NCBI GenBank assembly: GCA_050948825.1
Contig: JBMNEO010000009.1
Coordinates: 68,887 to 132,886 of the forward strand
Direction of reading: 5' to 3'
DNA length: 64,000 nucleotides
Source of the DNA: Dethiobacteria bacterium
GTDB lineage: Bacteria; Bacillota; Dethiobacteria; DTU022; UBA8154
In this document: positions 24,824 through 35,100 of the stretch, in pieces
How the letters are laid out: the number at the start of each line of letters is the position of its first letter
Numbering within the stretch: the first letter of the stretch is position 1
The notes under the pieces: model-generated
What the model was told of the DNA's origin: nothing
The model's input: only the letters and a program-made list of their open reading frames with translations
The model's database searches: none
Program-made: the position numbers and the translations under genes

Positions 24824-26725
24824 CTATTCCCAGACAATCTGTAAAAACTTTTTTGTTGTTGCCATAAAGAAGACGGTATAGCAGAAGGCAAAGACAGCAA
24901 TGGCGGCGAGTGTGGGCAACAGCAGGTTGTAATTGAGAAATTTTTCGAGCACATTGATGGCAAATAAGCTGTGCAAAATGCCCAGGAGAAGAGGCAGGAG
25001 CAGGGACAAACCAACTTGAGCGGAAACCGCTCGCTTTATTTCATCCTTCGTCATGCCGATTTTTTTCAGCAAATCGTACTTTTCTTTATCGGCTAGTCCT
25101 TCACTGAGGAGTTTAAAATACATGATGCTGCCGGTGGCCAGGACAAAGACGATGGACATGAAACCGCCCAGGAAGAAGAATAGTCCAATGAAACGGAACG
25201 ACGATTGATAGGCACCGGCGTAGGCAAAGAAATGACTGTTCTCGGGCAGGAGAGCTCTGAGTTCAAGGGCGAGGGGAATGGACTTTTCCGCATTCTCCAC
25301 CAAAAAACCGTTAAATGTAATCTGCGTAAAATCCGCTTGCAGCATGGTGTAATCTTCGTCACTCATAACCAGGACCGGCATATTTTCTCCGCTTCCCAAG
25401 AGAGGTGCCTTCAGATAATCCTCAATGAGAAATTCGCGGGAGGTCATTTGAACAATGCTGCCTGTGTACCTGTATGTTGAGGCAATGACACCCGGTGCTT
25501 CAATAAACGTGACAGCACCTGAGGCGGGTTTGGCCTGTTCGAGTATTTTTTCGGCGTTTTCCGGGTTCAGGGTTGTAATGACTTGGACAAAGTCCGGGTA
25601 TTTAACAGCTAGAAAACTTCTTGTGCTCCACACATCCTTTGTGATGCGTGCCGACGGTATATAGAGATATTTTAGCTGCACTTCCGCTTGTAATGCGTGC
25701 TCCGATTCCCGGATGGTTTGCAGGACATCCTCCCGCAGTGTTTCGTTTTCCGAAATATAGGAAAAAGAATAGGGAAACTCAATGGCATGTGTTTGATCCA
25801 CATAATATTTTAAAGAAAGCGAGGTTCCAAAGGCGGTGATTGCCGTTGCTGCCATAACCGCCAGAATGGCCAGGCTGCGGTAATTTCCCCTCAGCCGAAA
25901 GGCGATATTGCTAATACCCACAATGCGCACACCCTGATACATGATTTTCTTATTGTTAATTAAATAGCGCAGGAAGACAGAGAGGAAGGAACCGAAAAAG
26001 AAGTAGGTGCCGATGATAACCAGAATAACAACGGCCAGGGTTCCCAACAAAAAATTGGGCAGAGCAAATACGTTGGCGCTTAAATAGTACCCGCTGCCCA
26101 GAAGCAGGATCGCCAGGATACCGCTGGGAATGTTATACCGCGGGAAGGCTTCATCCTTTTTGCTTTGATGAATTAAGTCAATGAGCGGTTTTCTTACGAC
26201 CTGCAGAAAGTTGCCGGCCGACATAGCTAGGAAAATGATGCCGAAAGTGATGATTACTTCTGTAACCGCACTTTTGGGAATGGTAAAGGGTACGGTTACT
26301 TTTAGCAGCGCGGCTTTTGCCAGCGCCATCATAAATAATTTTGAAAAAAGAATACCAAATAATAGGCCCCCGGCCAGTGAGGTTAAGCCGGTAAAAATAC
26401 TTTCCACGGCAAAGACAAGACCGATCTTGGCATTGCTAATTCCTGCCAGAGCATAGATCCCGATCTCTTTTGTGCGCTGTTTTAAAAAAAATGAACTGGA
26501 ATACCACATAAAAAACACGAGTACGATTAGAGTTACGACTGAAGTAATTTGCGCCGCTGATTTCGCATAGAGAAGGACTTCCTGCGATTGAAGCACCTCC
26601 GGATTGTGCTTGAGGGACATAAAATCGTAGTACACGGCAACAGCCACCGTCATGACCACAATATGAAAAGTATAAGTTTTTACATTGTTGCGGAAGAGCT
26701 TTAAAGCAAGACTAAAAGCGTTCAT
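24824..26725 (-). CDS. BceB-type FtsX-family ABC transporter permease (10 TM, large extracellular loop)
   Basis: About 630 aa with two FtsX 4-TM blocks flanking a ~200-aa loop. The start is probably MNAFSLALKLF at 26725, overlapping the ATPase stop by 14 nt. Confidence 0.85.
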   Translation of the reverse strand: MNAFSLALKLFRNNVKTYTFHIVVMTVAVAVYYDFMSLKHNPEVLQSQEVLLYAKSAAQITSVVTLIVLVFFMWYSSSFFLKQRTKEIGIYALAGISNAKIGLVFAVESIFTGLTSLAGGLLFGILFSKLFMMALAKAALLKVTVPFTIPKSAVTEVIITFGIIFLAMSAGNFLQVVRKPLIDLIHQSKKDEAFPRYNIPSGILAILLLGSGYYLSANVFALPNFLLGTLAVVILVIIGTYFFFGSFLSVFLRYLINNKKIMYQGVRIVGISNIAFRLRGNYRSLAILAVMAATAITAFGTSLSLKYYVDQTHAIEFPYSFSYISENETLREDVLQTIRESEHALQAEVQLKYLYIPSARITKDVWSTRSFLAVKYPDFVQVITTLNPENAEKILEQAKPASGAVTFIEAPGVIASTYRYTGSIVQMTSREFLIEDYLKAPLLGSGENMPVLVMSDEDYTMLQADFTQITFNGFLVENAEKSIPLALELRALLPENSHFFAYAGAYQSSFRFIGLFFFLGGFMSIVFVLATGSIMYFKLLSEGLADKEKYDLLKKIGMTKDEIKRAVSAQVGLSLLLPLLLGILHSLFAINVLEKFLNYNLLLPTLAAIAVFAFCYTVFFMATTKKFLQIVWE

Positions 26726-27476
26726 TAATGATCCCTCCCATGGCAGCCACCATCTCCAGGATTTTTTGGTAGAAGTCTTTTCTGCTGCCGCTTGTATCCA
26801 GGCGGGCATGTAACGTGCCGTCTTTTAAAAACATCACCCGGTCGCTGAAACTAGCGCAGAAGGCATCATGCGTAACCATAACAACCGTTGTCCCATACTT
26901 TGGCCTGAGACCGCGCAGGCATTCCAATAGTTCCGCGGACGCCTTTGTGTCGAGCGCGCCTGTTGGTTCATCGGCAAAGACAACAGCAGGCCTGGTAATG
27001 AGAGCCCTGGCCACGGCGGATCTTTGTTTTTGTCCACCTGAGAGCTGATAGGGGTATTTGGGCAGTTGATCCGTTATGCCGAAGAAAGCGGCCAACTCCT
27101 CCACCGCCGCCATTATTACTTTGTGGTTGGCCCTGTTGAGAGCCAAAGGCAAAGCGATGTTATCCATAATGGTCATATTGTCAAGCAGGTTAAAATCCTG
27201 GAAGACAAAACCGATTTTATGGCGGCGCAATTTGGCCAGCTCGCTATTCTTCAACATGGCCAGATTCCGTCCTTCAAAATAGATCTCGCCGGCCGTCGCC
27301 TTATCGATGGTGGACATAAGATTAAGCAAAGTCGTCTTGCCCGAGCCGGAGGGACCCATAACGGCTAAAAACTCACCTCTTTGCACCTCAAGGTCCACAT
27401 CATGCAAGGCAGCGAAACGTGTGCCCCGACTTCCATATTCTTTTTTTAATCCGCATACGGTAAGAATTGTTTCCAT
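26712..27476 (-). CDS. BceA-type ABC transporter ATP-binding protein
   Basis: Walker A GPSGSGKTT, signature LSGGQKQR, Walker B VVFADEPTGALD. Confidence 0.9.
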   Translation of the reverse strand: METILTVCGLKKEYGSRGTRFAALHDVDLEVQRGEFLAVMGPSGSGKTTLLNLMSTIDKATAGEIYFEGRNLAMLKNSELAKLRRHKIGFVFQDFNLLDNMTIMDNIALPLALNRANHKVIMAAVEELAAFFGITDQLPKYPYQLSGGQKQRSAVARALITRPAVVFADEPTGALDTKASAELLECLRGLRPKYGTTVVMVTHDAFCASFSDRVMFLKDGTLHARLDTSGSRKDFYQKILEMVAAMGGIINERF

Positions 27477-27540
27477 AAGAACAGCCTCCTGACAGGATAT
27501 TACCTCCCCAAAAGCAGGATGTAAATATATTGTATCCGCA

Positions 27541-27557
27541 TGGCAGATACTCTGCCA
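27541..27557. promoter_or_regulatory. inverted repeat TGGCAGA-N3-TCTGCCA upstream of the bceA-like gene
   Basis: Perfect 7-bp arms, 65-81 nt upstream of the ATPase start. Candidate operator. Confidence 0.3.
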
Positions 27558-27582
27558 TTGCTTTAGATGACATTTTCCTTCT

Positions 27583-28128
27583 TTAGGTTACATTCATGTC
27601 ACTTTGGTAATAATCCCGCAGTTTATAGAAGCTGAGCACAAATTCCGTATATTTATTTTGTTGGGAACGGACATGGATGCCGATCCCTAATTTGTTCGCC
27701 ATTTTCTTGGCGTAATAGAGCCCCATACCCGTGGATTTTGCCGTCCGGCGACCGTTTCCCCCGGTAAAACCTTTATCGAAAATACGCTTTTGGTCTTCCG
27801 GGCGGATACCAATACCGTTATCCCGGATGGACAGTTTTACAGCCCGAGGATCCTCCTCTGCCATGACAATATCCATGTTGTTATCCCGCGAGGAGAGAAA
27901 GAGCACGGGAACTTTGGAAATCTTTCTGATTTGTTCCGTCCAGTAGAAACCGTCAAAACAGGGCAGATTCACGTCCATAACCACCAGTTGGGGCTGGTGC
28001 CGGCCGAATTCGGTGACAACATGCTCAAAATCCTGCGCGGTCGTTACGTTGAACCGCCATTTTTGCAATCCTTCGGCTAATTGCATGCAAAGGGCCCGGT
28101 CATCTTCCACAATCATAACGGTGTACAT
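27583..28128 (-). pseudogene. in-frame chimera: BceR-like receiver N-terminus fused to BceS-like HATPase C-terminus
   Basis: Residues 1-~90 form a receiver (VMIVEDDRALC, VVMDVNLPCFDG, VPVLFLSSRDNNMDIVMA). The rest is the kinase ATP-lid end (LSIRDNGIGIRPEDQKRIFDKGFTG ... STGMGLYYAKKMANKLG). There is no winged-helix, TM or DHp/H-box. Confidence 0.6.
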
Positions 28129-28274
28129 CTTATCACCCCATTAGCGATCTCACTGTATACATTATAAACTAATGGGAGTAATGCTTAAAGCTTTTGACAG
28201 CCATGTCATTATTATCCAACACTCATTCTTGCGAGGTCAAGTAAAACGGTGATGCTAATCCCACCGAGCCAGCT

Positions 28275-28329
28275 GGGACAAGGGACCTGTCCCCCTGTCC
28301 CACCACCAGGGACCTGTCCCCCTGTCCCA
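28275..28329. repeat. tandem AGGGACCTGTCCCCCTGTCCCA x2 (27-nt period)
   Basis: Copies at 28281-28302 and 28308-28329, preceded by GGGACA. Each unit contains the inverted repeat GGGAC/GTCCC. Confidence 0.9.
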
Positions 28330-28451
28330 GCCCATATATTCCTATTTCAGGATATTTTATCCTCAAGGCTATTCTCTTCTTATCCGATTATATTCCATGG
28401 CACGTACGGATTCACATTCCCAACATTATATTAACTATAAAGAGAATCTGC

Positions 28452-29192
28452 TTAAAAATAGTACTCGGCGTTGACCCTTGCCGTCACTTCAACATCACCC
28501 GGGAGAATAGGCGTAGGGCCTGCTGCATCCATCATTTTAGCACTTTCTTCCATAGCAGCACGGTAAGGGGTATAACCGGACATCTCTTCATGGATAACCT
28601 TAATTCCCTTGATGGCAACCCCCGCACTGCGGGCAATTGCTTCTGCCTTGGCTTTGGCCTGGGTTGCGGCATTCTGTAAAGCCTGCAGTTTCAAGGCTTC
28701 CGCCTCCTTTAATTCAAAAAAAACTGATAAAACCCTGTTGGCTCCGGCTTGAATGGCGGTATCAATTACGTTACCAACTTCATCCAGGTTATGAAGGCTT
28801 ACAGTAAGCTCATTATAAGCCCTGTATTTTGTAATATACTTTTCCCTGTTTTGTGGATCAACCTGTTGATTATAGCTGTTTAACCGATAGCCGCTTGTTT
28901 TGAGCTGCTTTTCATCAATGCCTGAAGCTGCTAAAGCTTTGAGCACTGCGTCTGTCAGGCGGGTATTTTCTTCCGCTGCCGTTTTTGCCAGTTCGTGCGT
29001 GGTTTCTACCGCCAGTACCACCCGGGCAGAATCCGGTTGCGCCGTGATCACCGCTTCCCCGTAGACACTGATAATACCTTGGTCCTCAGCGGGGCTCGCT
29101 CCGGCAATAGGCGAATCAATTAATCCCGGCAAAAGCACTGCTGCTAACAGCAGTAATCCAATGGCCACAATTATTACCTTTTTCTTCTCCAT
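28452..29192 (-). CDS. SIMPL-domain (DUF541) protein, membrane-anchored
   Basis: N-terminal TM helix, then ISVYGEAVITAQPDSARVVLAVET and AKAKAEAIA. Typical size for a SIMPL / 26-kDa periplasmic immunogenic protein. Confidence 0.8.
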   Translation of the reverse strand: MEKKKVIIVAIGLLLLAAVLLPGLIDSPIAGASPAEDQGIISVYGEAVITAQPDSARVVLAVETTHELAKTAAEENTRLTDAVLKALAASGIDEKQLKTSGYRLNSYNQQVDPQNREKYITKYRAYNELTVSLHNLDEVGNVIDTAIQAGANRVLSVFFELKEAEALKLQALQNAATQAKAKAEAIARSAGVAIKGIKVIHEEMSGYTPYRAAMEESAKMMDAAGPTPILPGDVEVTARVNAEYYF

Positions 29193-29337
29193 AAAAATCC
29201 TCCTTTTGCAGTATTTTTATCCCTTAGACGGCCGAAGCAAAAAAATGGTTCCCAGGATTATCACTAATAAACCGAACTTCGAATATTATAATTTTGTAAA
29301 AAAATGCGCAAGGTTAACAAGGTTGGGAGGACGGTTC

Positions 29338-29366
29338 TGAACTTGCCTGGGTTTATATGGTAAATT
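29338..29366 (+). promoter_or_regulatory. promoter-like repeat module (TGAACT-17-TAAATT, extended -10 TGG)
   Basis: Plus strand reads GGGAGGACGGTTC TGAACT TGCCTGGGTTTATATGG TAAATT. It lies 135 nt upstream of the 29501 start codon. Confidence 0.4.
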
Positions 29367-29500
29367 TCAAGAAAAGAAGATATTTATCTTATAATGAAAA
29401 AGAATAGAACAACAAAAGCCTAGAGCAAGAATTTAACCCAATTAAACCATTGCGCAAGATTGCATAATTTCTAAAAAGTAACCATGGGAAGGATGATCTT

Positions 29501-30106
29501 ATGACTAACGGAGCTGATTCGACAATAATTATGGGGCAGGTTCTGAATAAACCCCCGGTCCACGTGCTCTATCCCCGGGTCCAGGGTTTAGGGGATAAAA
29601 GTATCCAGGAAAAGATTAACCTGGTTATTGAAAGAAAAGTAAATGATTTAATACTTATCCAGGGCGGACAAAAAGACCTGCAGGAACTGCGAGGGGATTA
29701 TGAGGCAACTTTAAATCAAATGGGCCTGCTCAGCCTGCGCTTTGAAATGTTCGCCCAAATAAGAATGGCTGCCCATCCATCGACGATGATAGATTCACTG
29801 ACGGTGGATCTGAACACCGGCCAGGAATACGAGCTCTATCATTTGTTTAGAAGCATGAGCGCTCATGCGTTAGTGATTACAAATTTTCTCCTCAAACAAA
29901 TTGAGAGGGAGCAGATACCTTTAATTGTCGATTTAAAACTCATACCGGACAATCATCCTTATTATCTAACTGAGGAAGCTTTGATGGTTTATTTTCAGGA
30001 GGCTGAACTTGCCCCGCGGAGTTATGGAATTCTGGAATTTCCGGTTGCTTATAATTATGTAAAATCCATTATCGATCCGGTGGGGCCATTGCGTCAGATG
30101 GTTTAA
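29501..30106 (+). CDS. DUF3298/DUF4163-like (RsiV/PdaC-type) domain protein
   Basis: 201 aa. The pattern YPxV.G......IN..I, then LS..F, and the C-terminal L.VYFQ..E.AP...G..EF.V resemble that family. Assigned from memory only. Confidence 0.55.
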   Translation: MTNGADSTIIMGQVLNKPPVHVLYPRVQGLGDKSIQEKINLVIERKVNDLILIQGGQKDLQELRGDYEATLNQMGLLSLRFEMFAQIRMAAHPSTMIDSLTVDLNTGQEYELYHLFRSMSAHALVITNFLLKQIEREQIPLIVDLKLIPDNHPYYLTEEALMVYFQEAELAPRSYGILEFPVAYNYVKSIIDPVGPLRQMV

Positions 30107-30160
30107 CCGTAACTGGTACTAAATACGCTTTGCGATGTTAAATATCCGTTCTTTCCCTGT

Positions 30161-32116
30161 TCAATTATCAGCAGAAAAACGTTTATCACGCGATTGCCGG
30201 GCAAGTATTCGTTTCAGCCTGGCCAGATCCACAGGCTTGGCCAGGTGATAGTCAAAGCCGGCAGCAGCAGCTTGCTGTATATCTTCGGGAAGAGCGTAGC
30301 CGGTAAGAGCTATGAGAAGTGTGTCCTTTAGCTTTTTGTCCAGGCGAAAAGCTCTGGCGACTTCATAACCGTTCATTACCGGCAACCCGATATCGCACAG
30401 AATTACTTCGGGATAAAACTCACGTGCCCTTTTAATCCCCTCCGGGCCGCTGTAGGCAACTTCAACTGTGTGACCATCCAGTTCGAGCAGTTCGCTCAGG
30501 GAATCGGCAATATCGACATAGTCATCAATAATAAGGACTTTCCGTCTGCGGAATTTTATGCCCCGGAGGGGTCGCTGCAGCTCGTGACTTGTAATTTTTT
30601 CCACTGGAAGAGATACCACAAACTCCGATCCTTTCCCCGGCCCGGCGCTGGAAGCACTTATACTACCCCCGTGCATTTCAATCAAACCCTTGCTTAAAGT
30701 CAGCCCAAGCCCGAGCCCTCCACAGCTGCGTTCAAGGGATTTCTCCGCCTGCATAAAAGGCTGGAAAAGACGAGAAAGATGCTCCCCTGCTATCCCTATA
30801 CCACTGTCAACTATGCGGATAACGGCCTGCCTGCCGGATACATCGCTCTCCGTCGACACTCGTGTAAATCCGCCGCTTCCGGTAAATTTGGCCGCATTCT
30901 GAAGCAGGTTTCCTACTACCTGTACCAGACGCGCCCGATCAGCATTCAAATAAATCTTCTCCGGGGCAAATGCTGCTTCCAGCTGAACCCCGTTAATCTC
31001 AAAAAGTGACCGGTGATCTTCCAGCGTTTGCCGTACAAGCTCGTTGAGCTCAAGCTGCTGCCTCTGCAACTTAATTTTGTTCCTCGAGATACGGGTAATA
31101 TCGAGCAGGTCGTCGACCAAACGCGAGAGTTGCCCAACCTGCCGCTTGAGGATATCTTTTGCTTTGTTGGTCTGTTTACCTCCGGGTTGAGCCTGGTCAA
31201 GGATGGAAAGGCTGTTGCGGATGGAGGCGAGCGGATTGCGCAGCTCATGCGAAAGAACAGCCAAAAAGTCGTTTTTGCGTTTATTGGACTGACGCAGCTT
31301 TTCTGCAAGTATGCGGTAACGCATTTCACTCTGGCGCAGTTTTTTTGCTGCCTGCACACGCTCTGTAACATCGCGGAATACCAGGATTACTCCGGCTATG
31401 CTTTCCTTATTATATTTGATCGGAGCCGCGCTGTCATCGATCGGAATTTCTGTACCGTTTCGTGTTATTAACAATGTGTTATTTGCCAGGCCTACGGAAG
31501 TGCCTTCCTCCAATACCCTGGCTACCGGGTTTTCCACCGGTTTGCGCGAGTACATATTTATTATTTTAAATACCTGTGTCAGGTTATTATGTAAGGCCTC
31601 TTCCAGTTTCCAACCCGTTAGTTCCTCGGCAACCTGGTTCATGAAGTTTATCATACCGTTTGCATCGGTTGTGATCACGGCATCTCCAATGCTTTTCAAC
31701 GTCGTAGAGAACCACTTTTCTCTTTCTTTTAATTTCCTTTCCATCTTATGCTTGTACAGCGCCATATCGATTGTTATGTGCAGCTCTCTTTCCCTGAAAG
31801 GCTTAATTATATACCCATACGGCTCCGTAATCCTGGCACGTTTTAATGTATTTTCATCTGCATAAGCGGTCAGGTAGATCACTGGGAGGCCAAAACGCGA
31901 CTGAATTTGCCTGGCAGCCATCACCCCGTCGATTTGCCCGGGAAGCCTGATATCCATCAATATCAGATCCGGCAGCATTTCCTCTGCTTTTATTAGAGCA
32001 TCTTCTCCGGAAAACGCGATAACCGGGGTAGGATATCCCATTTTTATCAGCCTTTGTTGCAAGTCCAGTGCTTCAATGCCTTCATCTTCAACTATTAGTA
32101 TCTTTGCTGCGGGCAT
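30161..32116 (-). CDS. hybrid sensor histidine kinase (REC-PAS-HisKA-HATPase-REC)
   Basis: N-terminal receiver (ILIVEDEGIEA .. LILMDIRLPG), PAS, H-box LSHELRNPL, G-boxes, and a C-terminal receiver (VLIIDDYVD .. ILCDIGLPVMNG). Confidence 0.9.
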   Translation of the reverse strand: MPAAKILIVEDEGIEALDLQQRLIKMGYPTPVIAFSGEDALIKAEEMLPDLILMDIRLPGQIDGVMAARQIQSRFGLPVIYLTAYADENTLKRARITEPYGYIIKPFRERELHITIDMALYKHKMERKLKEREKWFSTTLKSIGDAVITTDANGMINFMNQVAEELTGWKLEEALHNNLTQVFKIINMYSRKPVENPVARVLEEGTSVGLANNTLLITRNGTEIPIDDSAAPIKYNKESIAGVILVFRDVTERVQAAKKLRQSEMRYRILAEKLRQSNKRKNDFLAVLSHELRNPLASIRNSLSILDQAQPGGKQTNKAKDILKRQVGQLSRLVDDLLDITRISRNKIKLQRQQLELNELVRQTLEDHRSLFEINGVQLEAAFAPEKIYLNADRARLVQVVGNLLQNAAKFTGSGGFTRVSTESDVSGRQAVIRIVDSGIGIAGEHLSRLFQPFMQAEKSLERSCGGLGLGLTLSKGLIEMHGGSISASSAGPGKGSEFVVSLPVEKITSHELQRPLRGIKFRRRKVLIIDDYVDIADSLSELLELDGHTVEVAYSGPEGIKRAREFYPEVILCDIGLPVMNGYEVARAFRLDKKLKDTLLIALTGYALPEDIQQAAAAGFDYHLAKPVDLARLKRILARQSRDKRFSADN

Positions 32117-32135
32117 AGTTATTTTACCTCCTTAT

Positions 32136-35100
32136 CTATTCTGTAAATGTAATTGCAAACTCAGTCCGGCCGTTTGTCCGAAAGGTAATAGTCCCTTTAA
32201 GCTGCTTGGCCAGTACTTTGACCAGTTTTAATCCCAGTGATTCACAGCTTTCAATATTAAAGCCTTTGGGAAGGCCGATGCCGTTATCGCTGACGGAAAG
32301 AATGAACTGCCGGTTATTAACCCTGCGCAGGTCAATGCGGAGTTCGCCAACCGTTTCTGTTTCATCCACAAGCCTCGCTGCATCCGGGAAGGCATGCTTC
32401 AGAGCGTTGGAAACCAGTTCGTTGACAATCAAAGCACAGGGGATAAGTGTGTTTATATTCAGCGATATCTCTTCAACATGTATCTCAGGTCTAATGGTTC
32501 GCTCATTTACCCCGTAGGAGAGAAACAGGTTGGCGGTCAAGCTGCGAATATATTCGGCAAGGTCGATCTTGACCAGTGATTCGGATTTGTATAGTTTCTC
32601 ATGGATTAGGGCCATAGAATAAATGCGGTCCTGGCTTTCCCTGAAGGGAGCCCTTGCCTGCTCGTCTTTGATATAGGATAGCTGCAGGTTGAGCATGCTG
32701 TGGATAATTTGAAGGTTATTCTTTACGCGGTGGTGTACTTCCTTAAGAAGCGTCTCTTTTTCATGCAGGGTTTTGAGCAGATACTCCTCACTGGCATGCA
32801 GTTCCCTGTTGGCTGCTGCCAGCTGGGTCGTGCGCTCGTTAACACGCTCTTCAAGCTCCCTGTTAAGCTTTTGTATTTCCTGCTCCGCTCTTTTGCGTTC
32901 GGTAATATCGATGCCCATTTCTACAATCATTATAGAACCATCCACGTCGGTCAGGGAAAAATCAAAAACATAGTAGTTGCGGCCATCCGGTCCATGCCAT
33001 TCCCAGTTATGGGGTGCCATGGTTTCCAGGACAATGAAGGATTCGCAATTCTCGCAGGGCTCACTGCGTCCAAAGAGATACTCAAAACAGCGCCGGCCCC
33101 GGGGCTCACCGAAACGCTCCCGAAAGAAGCGGTTAACAAAGGTTACATGATAATCCGGCGTCAATAGCACCAGGTAAGCAGGGAGCATCTCCAGCACAGT
33201 ATTAAACCGGTGCCGTTCCGCTTTTAAGGACTTCTCGACTTGCTTGCGCTTGATAATATCGTTCTTTAGAAGTCTGTTTACCCGCGCCAGCTCCACAGTT
33301 CTTTCCCGCACCCGCATCTCCAACTCGTCCTTTGCCCGGCGCAGCGCTTCCTGTGTTTGTTTCATCTCTTCCACCAGCCGGGCATTTTCCAGTGAAATAG
33401 CGGCCTGCGACGCCAGCAGCTCGATTAACTGTATCTTTTCTGTTGTAAATACCGCCTCCGCCAGGCGGTTTTCAAGGTAAAGCATGCCGATCATTTTTAA
33501 CTGTTTGAGCACAGGGAGACAAAGAACAGAACGCAGTTGCATGTGCTGAACCTCGGTATTATTTTTAAACGGGCCCTCCCGGGAGGCATTATTAAGGATT
33601 ACTTTCTCTCCGGTTCGGTACACATAGCGTACAATTGCCTTGCAGATGTTGCCGGCATCATCCAGCTTTTGATAAACTGTCTGTACTGTTTGCCCGGGTC
33701 CAATATGGCTTTCCGCGCGGACAAATAAACTGCCCTTCTGCTCCATTAACAGGTACCCGTGCTGCGCCCCCGAGCTTTCAATAACCACGTGCATGATTTT
33801 TTTCAATAGCGCTTCCTGTTCAATTTCTGCGGAAATAGCAAGGGCTGACTTCATAAGATACCCGCCGTCAAGATTGGGAAGGAGCCTGGAAGAAGGGTTT
33901 TCCCTGCCCAGGTAAGGCAGGTGAGGATAGAAGTGCTTCTCCTCTTCAAAGTACTCGGGAAATTTCTCGATGAGCTTGAACTCTTTTCTTCCCGCACCGC
34001 ATTTCCTGTACAAACGCACCGCTTCGGCAAAATAAACCCTGGCGGAGCACTGACCCGCTCCCTGAACAAGTTCACCGAGGCACTCATAAAGATGCCCTTC
34101 TAAAAATGTATACTCCTGTGCGTGTGCAATCTCTATAGCATCCAGATAAAGGCTATGGGCCTTCTTAAAATCGCCGGTTACCCTTTCCAGTTCGGCATAA
34201 AGTAAAGCCAGGTAGGGTTTTAATAGCGGCCCCAGTTCAGCCCATTTTTCAACCGTTCTGATAACAGGCCGAATTTCTTTCAGTAATTCTTCTTTACTAT
34301 TGAAGCGTATACCAAGTTCATACATTTTAAGGGCGTTCAATACCAGGAAAACATGCCACTGCCTCTTCAACACATTATCCGTCAGGCCTGAAAGATACTT
34401 GCGGACCATAATGAGACATCTTTCGGCTTCTTTATATTCTCCCAGGTAATAGTGCGTCAGGGCCATATGGACATAATAACTTCCTGCAGACGCAATATGG
34501 TTATCAGCCTCCCATTGTTTTAGTTTTTCTTCCATAGGCATAGGGGAATAGCCTTTTTTCATGGGTTCTATCCAGCCTGCCTGCATCGCTTCAGCAAGGC
34601 CTACCGAAAAGGCCAAATGATACCTTCTGGAGAATTGCAGACATTCCTGAGCGTATTCTTCGATAGCAGACAGATCCGCTCCTTGAACCTGAAGGTTCCA
34701 CATCAAAGGTCCGTAAGAAAGGCCGGCATTATAAAGATCGCCGCAATTTTTCCCGCACTGGATGGACTTTAAACAATACTCTACGATTTCTTTCGGGTGG
34801 TTTCTGGAATGCATATTGCACCAGACAATCCCGTTCATCCCGCGCGTAGCGCCAAAGGTATTTGGATATTTTGCAGAAAGATCACGGGCAAGATCTTCGT
34901 ATTTGAACGCCTCTTCAAACTTCCCCTCTTCTGCCAGCTGCAGCCCCATGATACTCAAAGCATAGATTACAGATTCATCCATCCCCCCTGATAAACAATG
35001 CCAGGTTGACTGCGCAGCCGCAAGATAAAGTTGAGGCACGCGGCCGGACAGATACAGATCGGGAATAAGCTCGCTGTAAATGGAAAGCTCAATTTTACTT

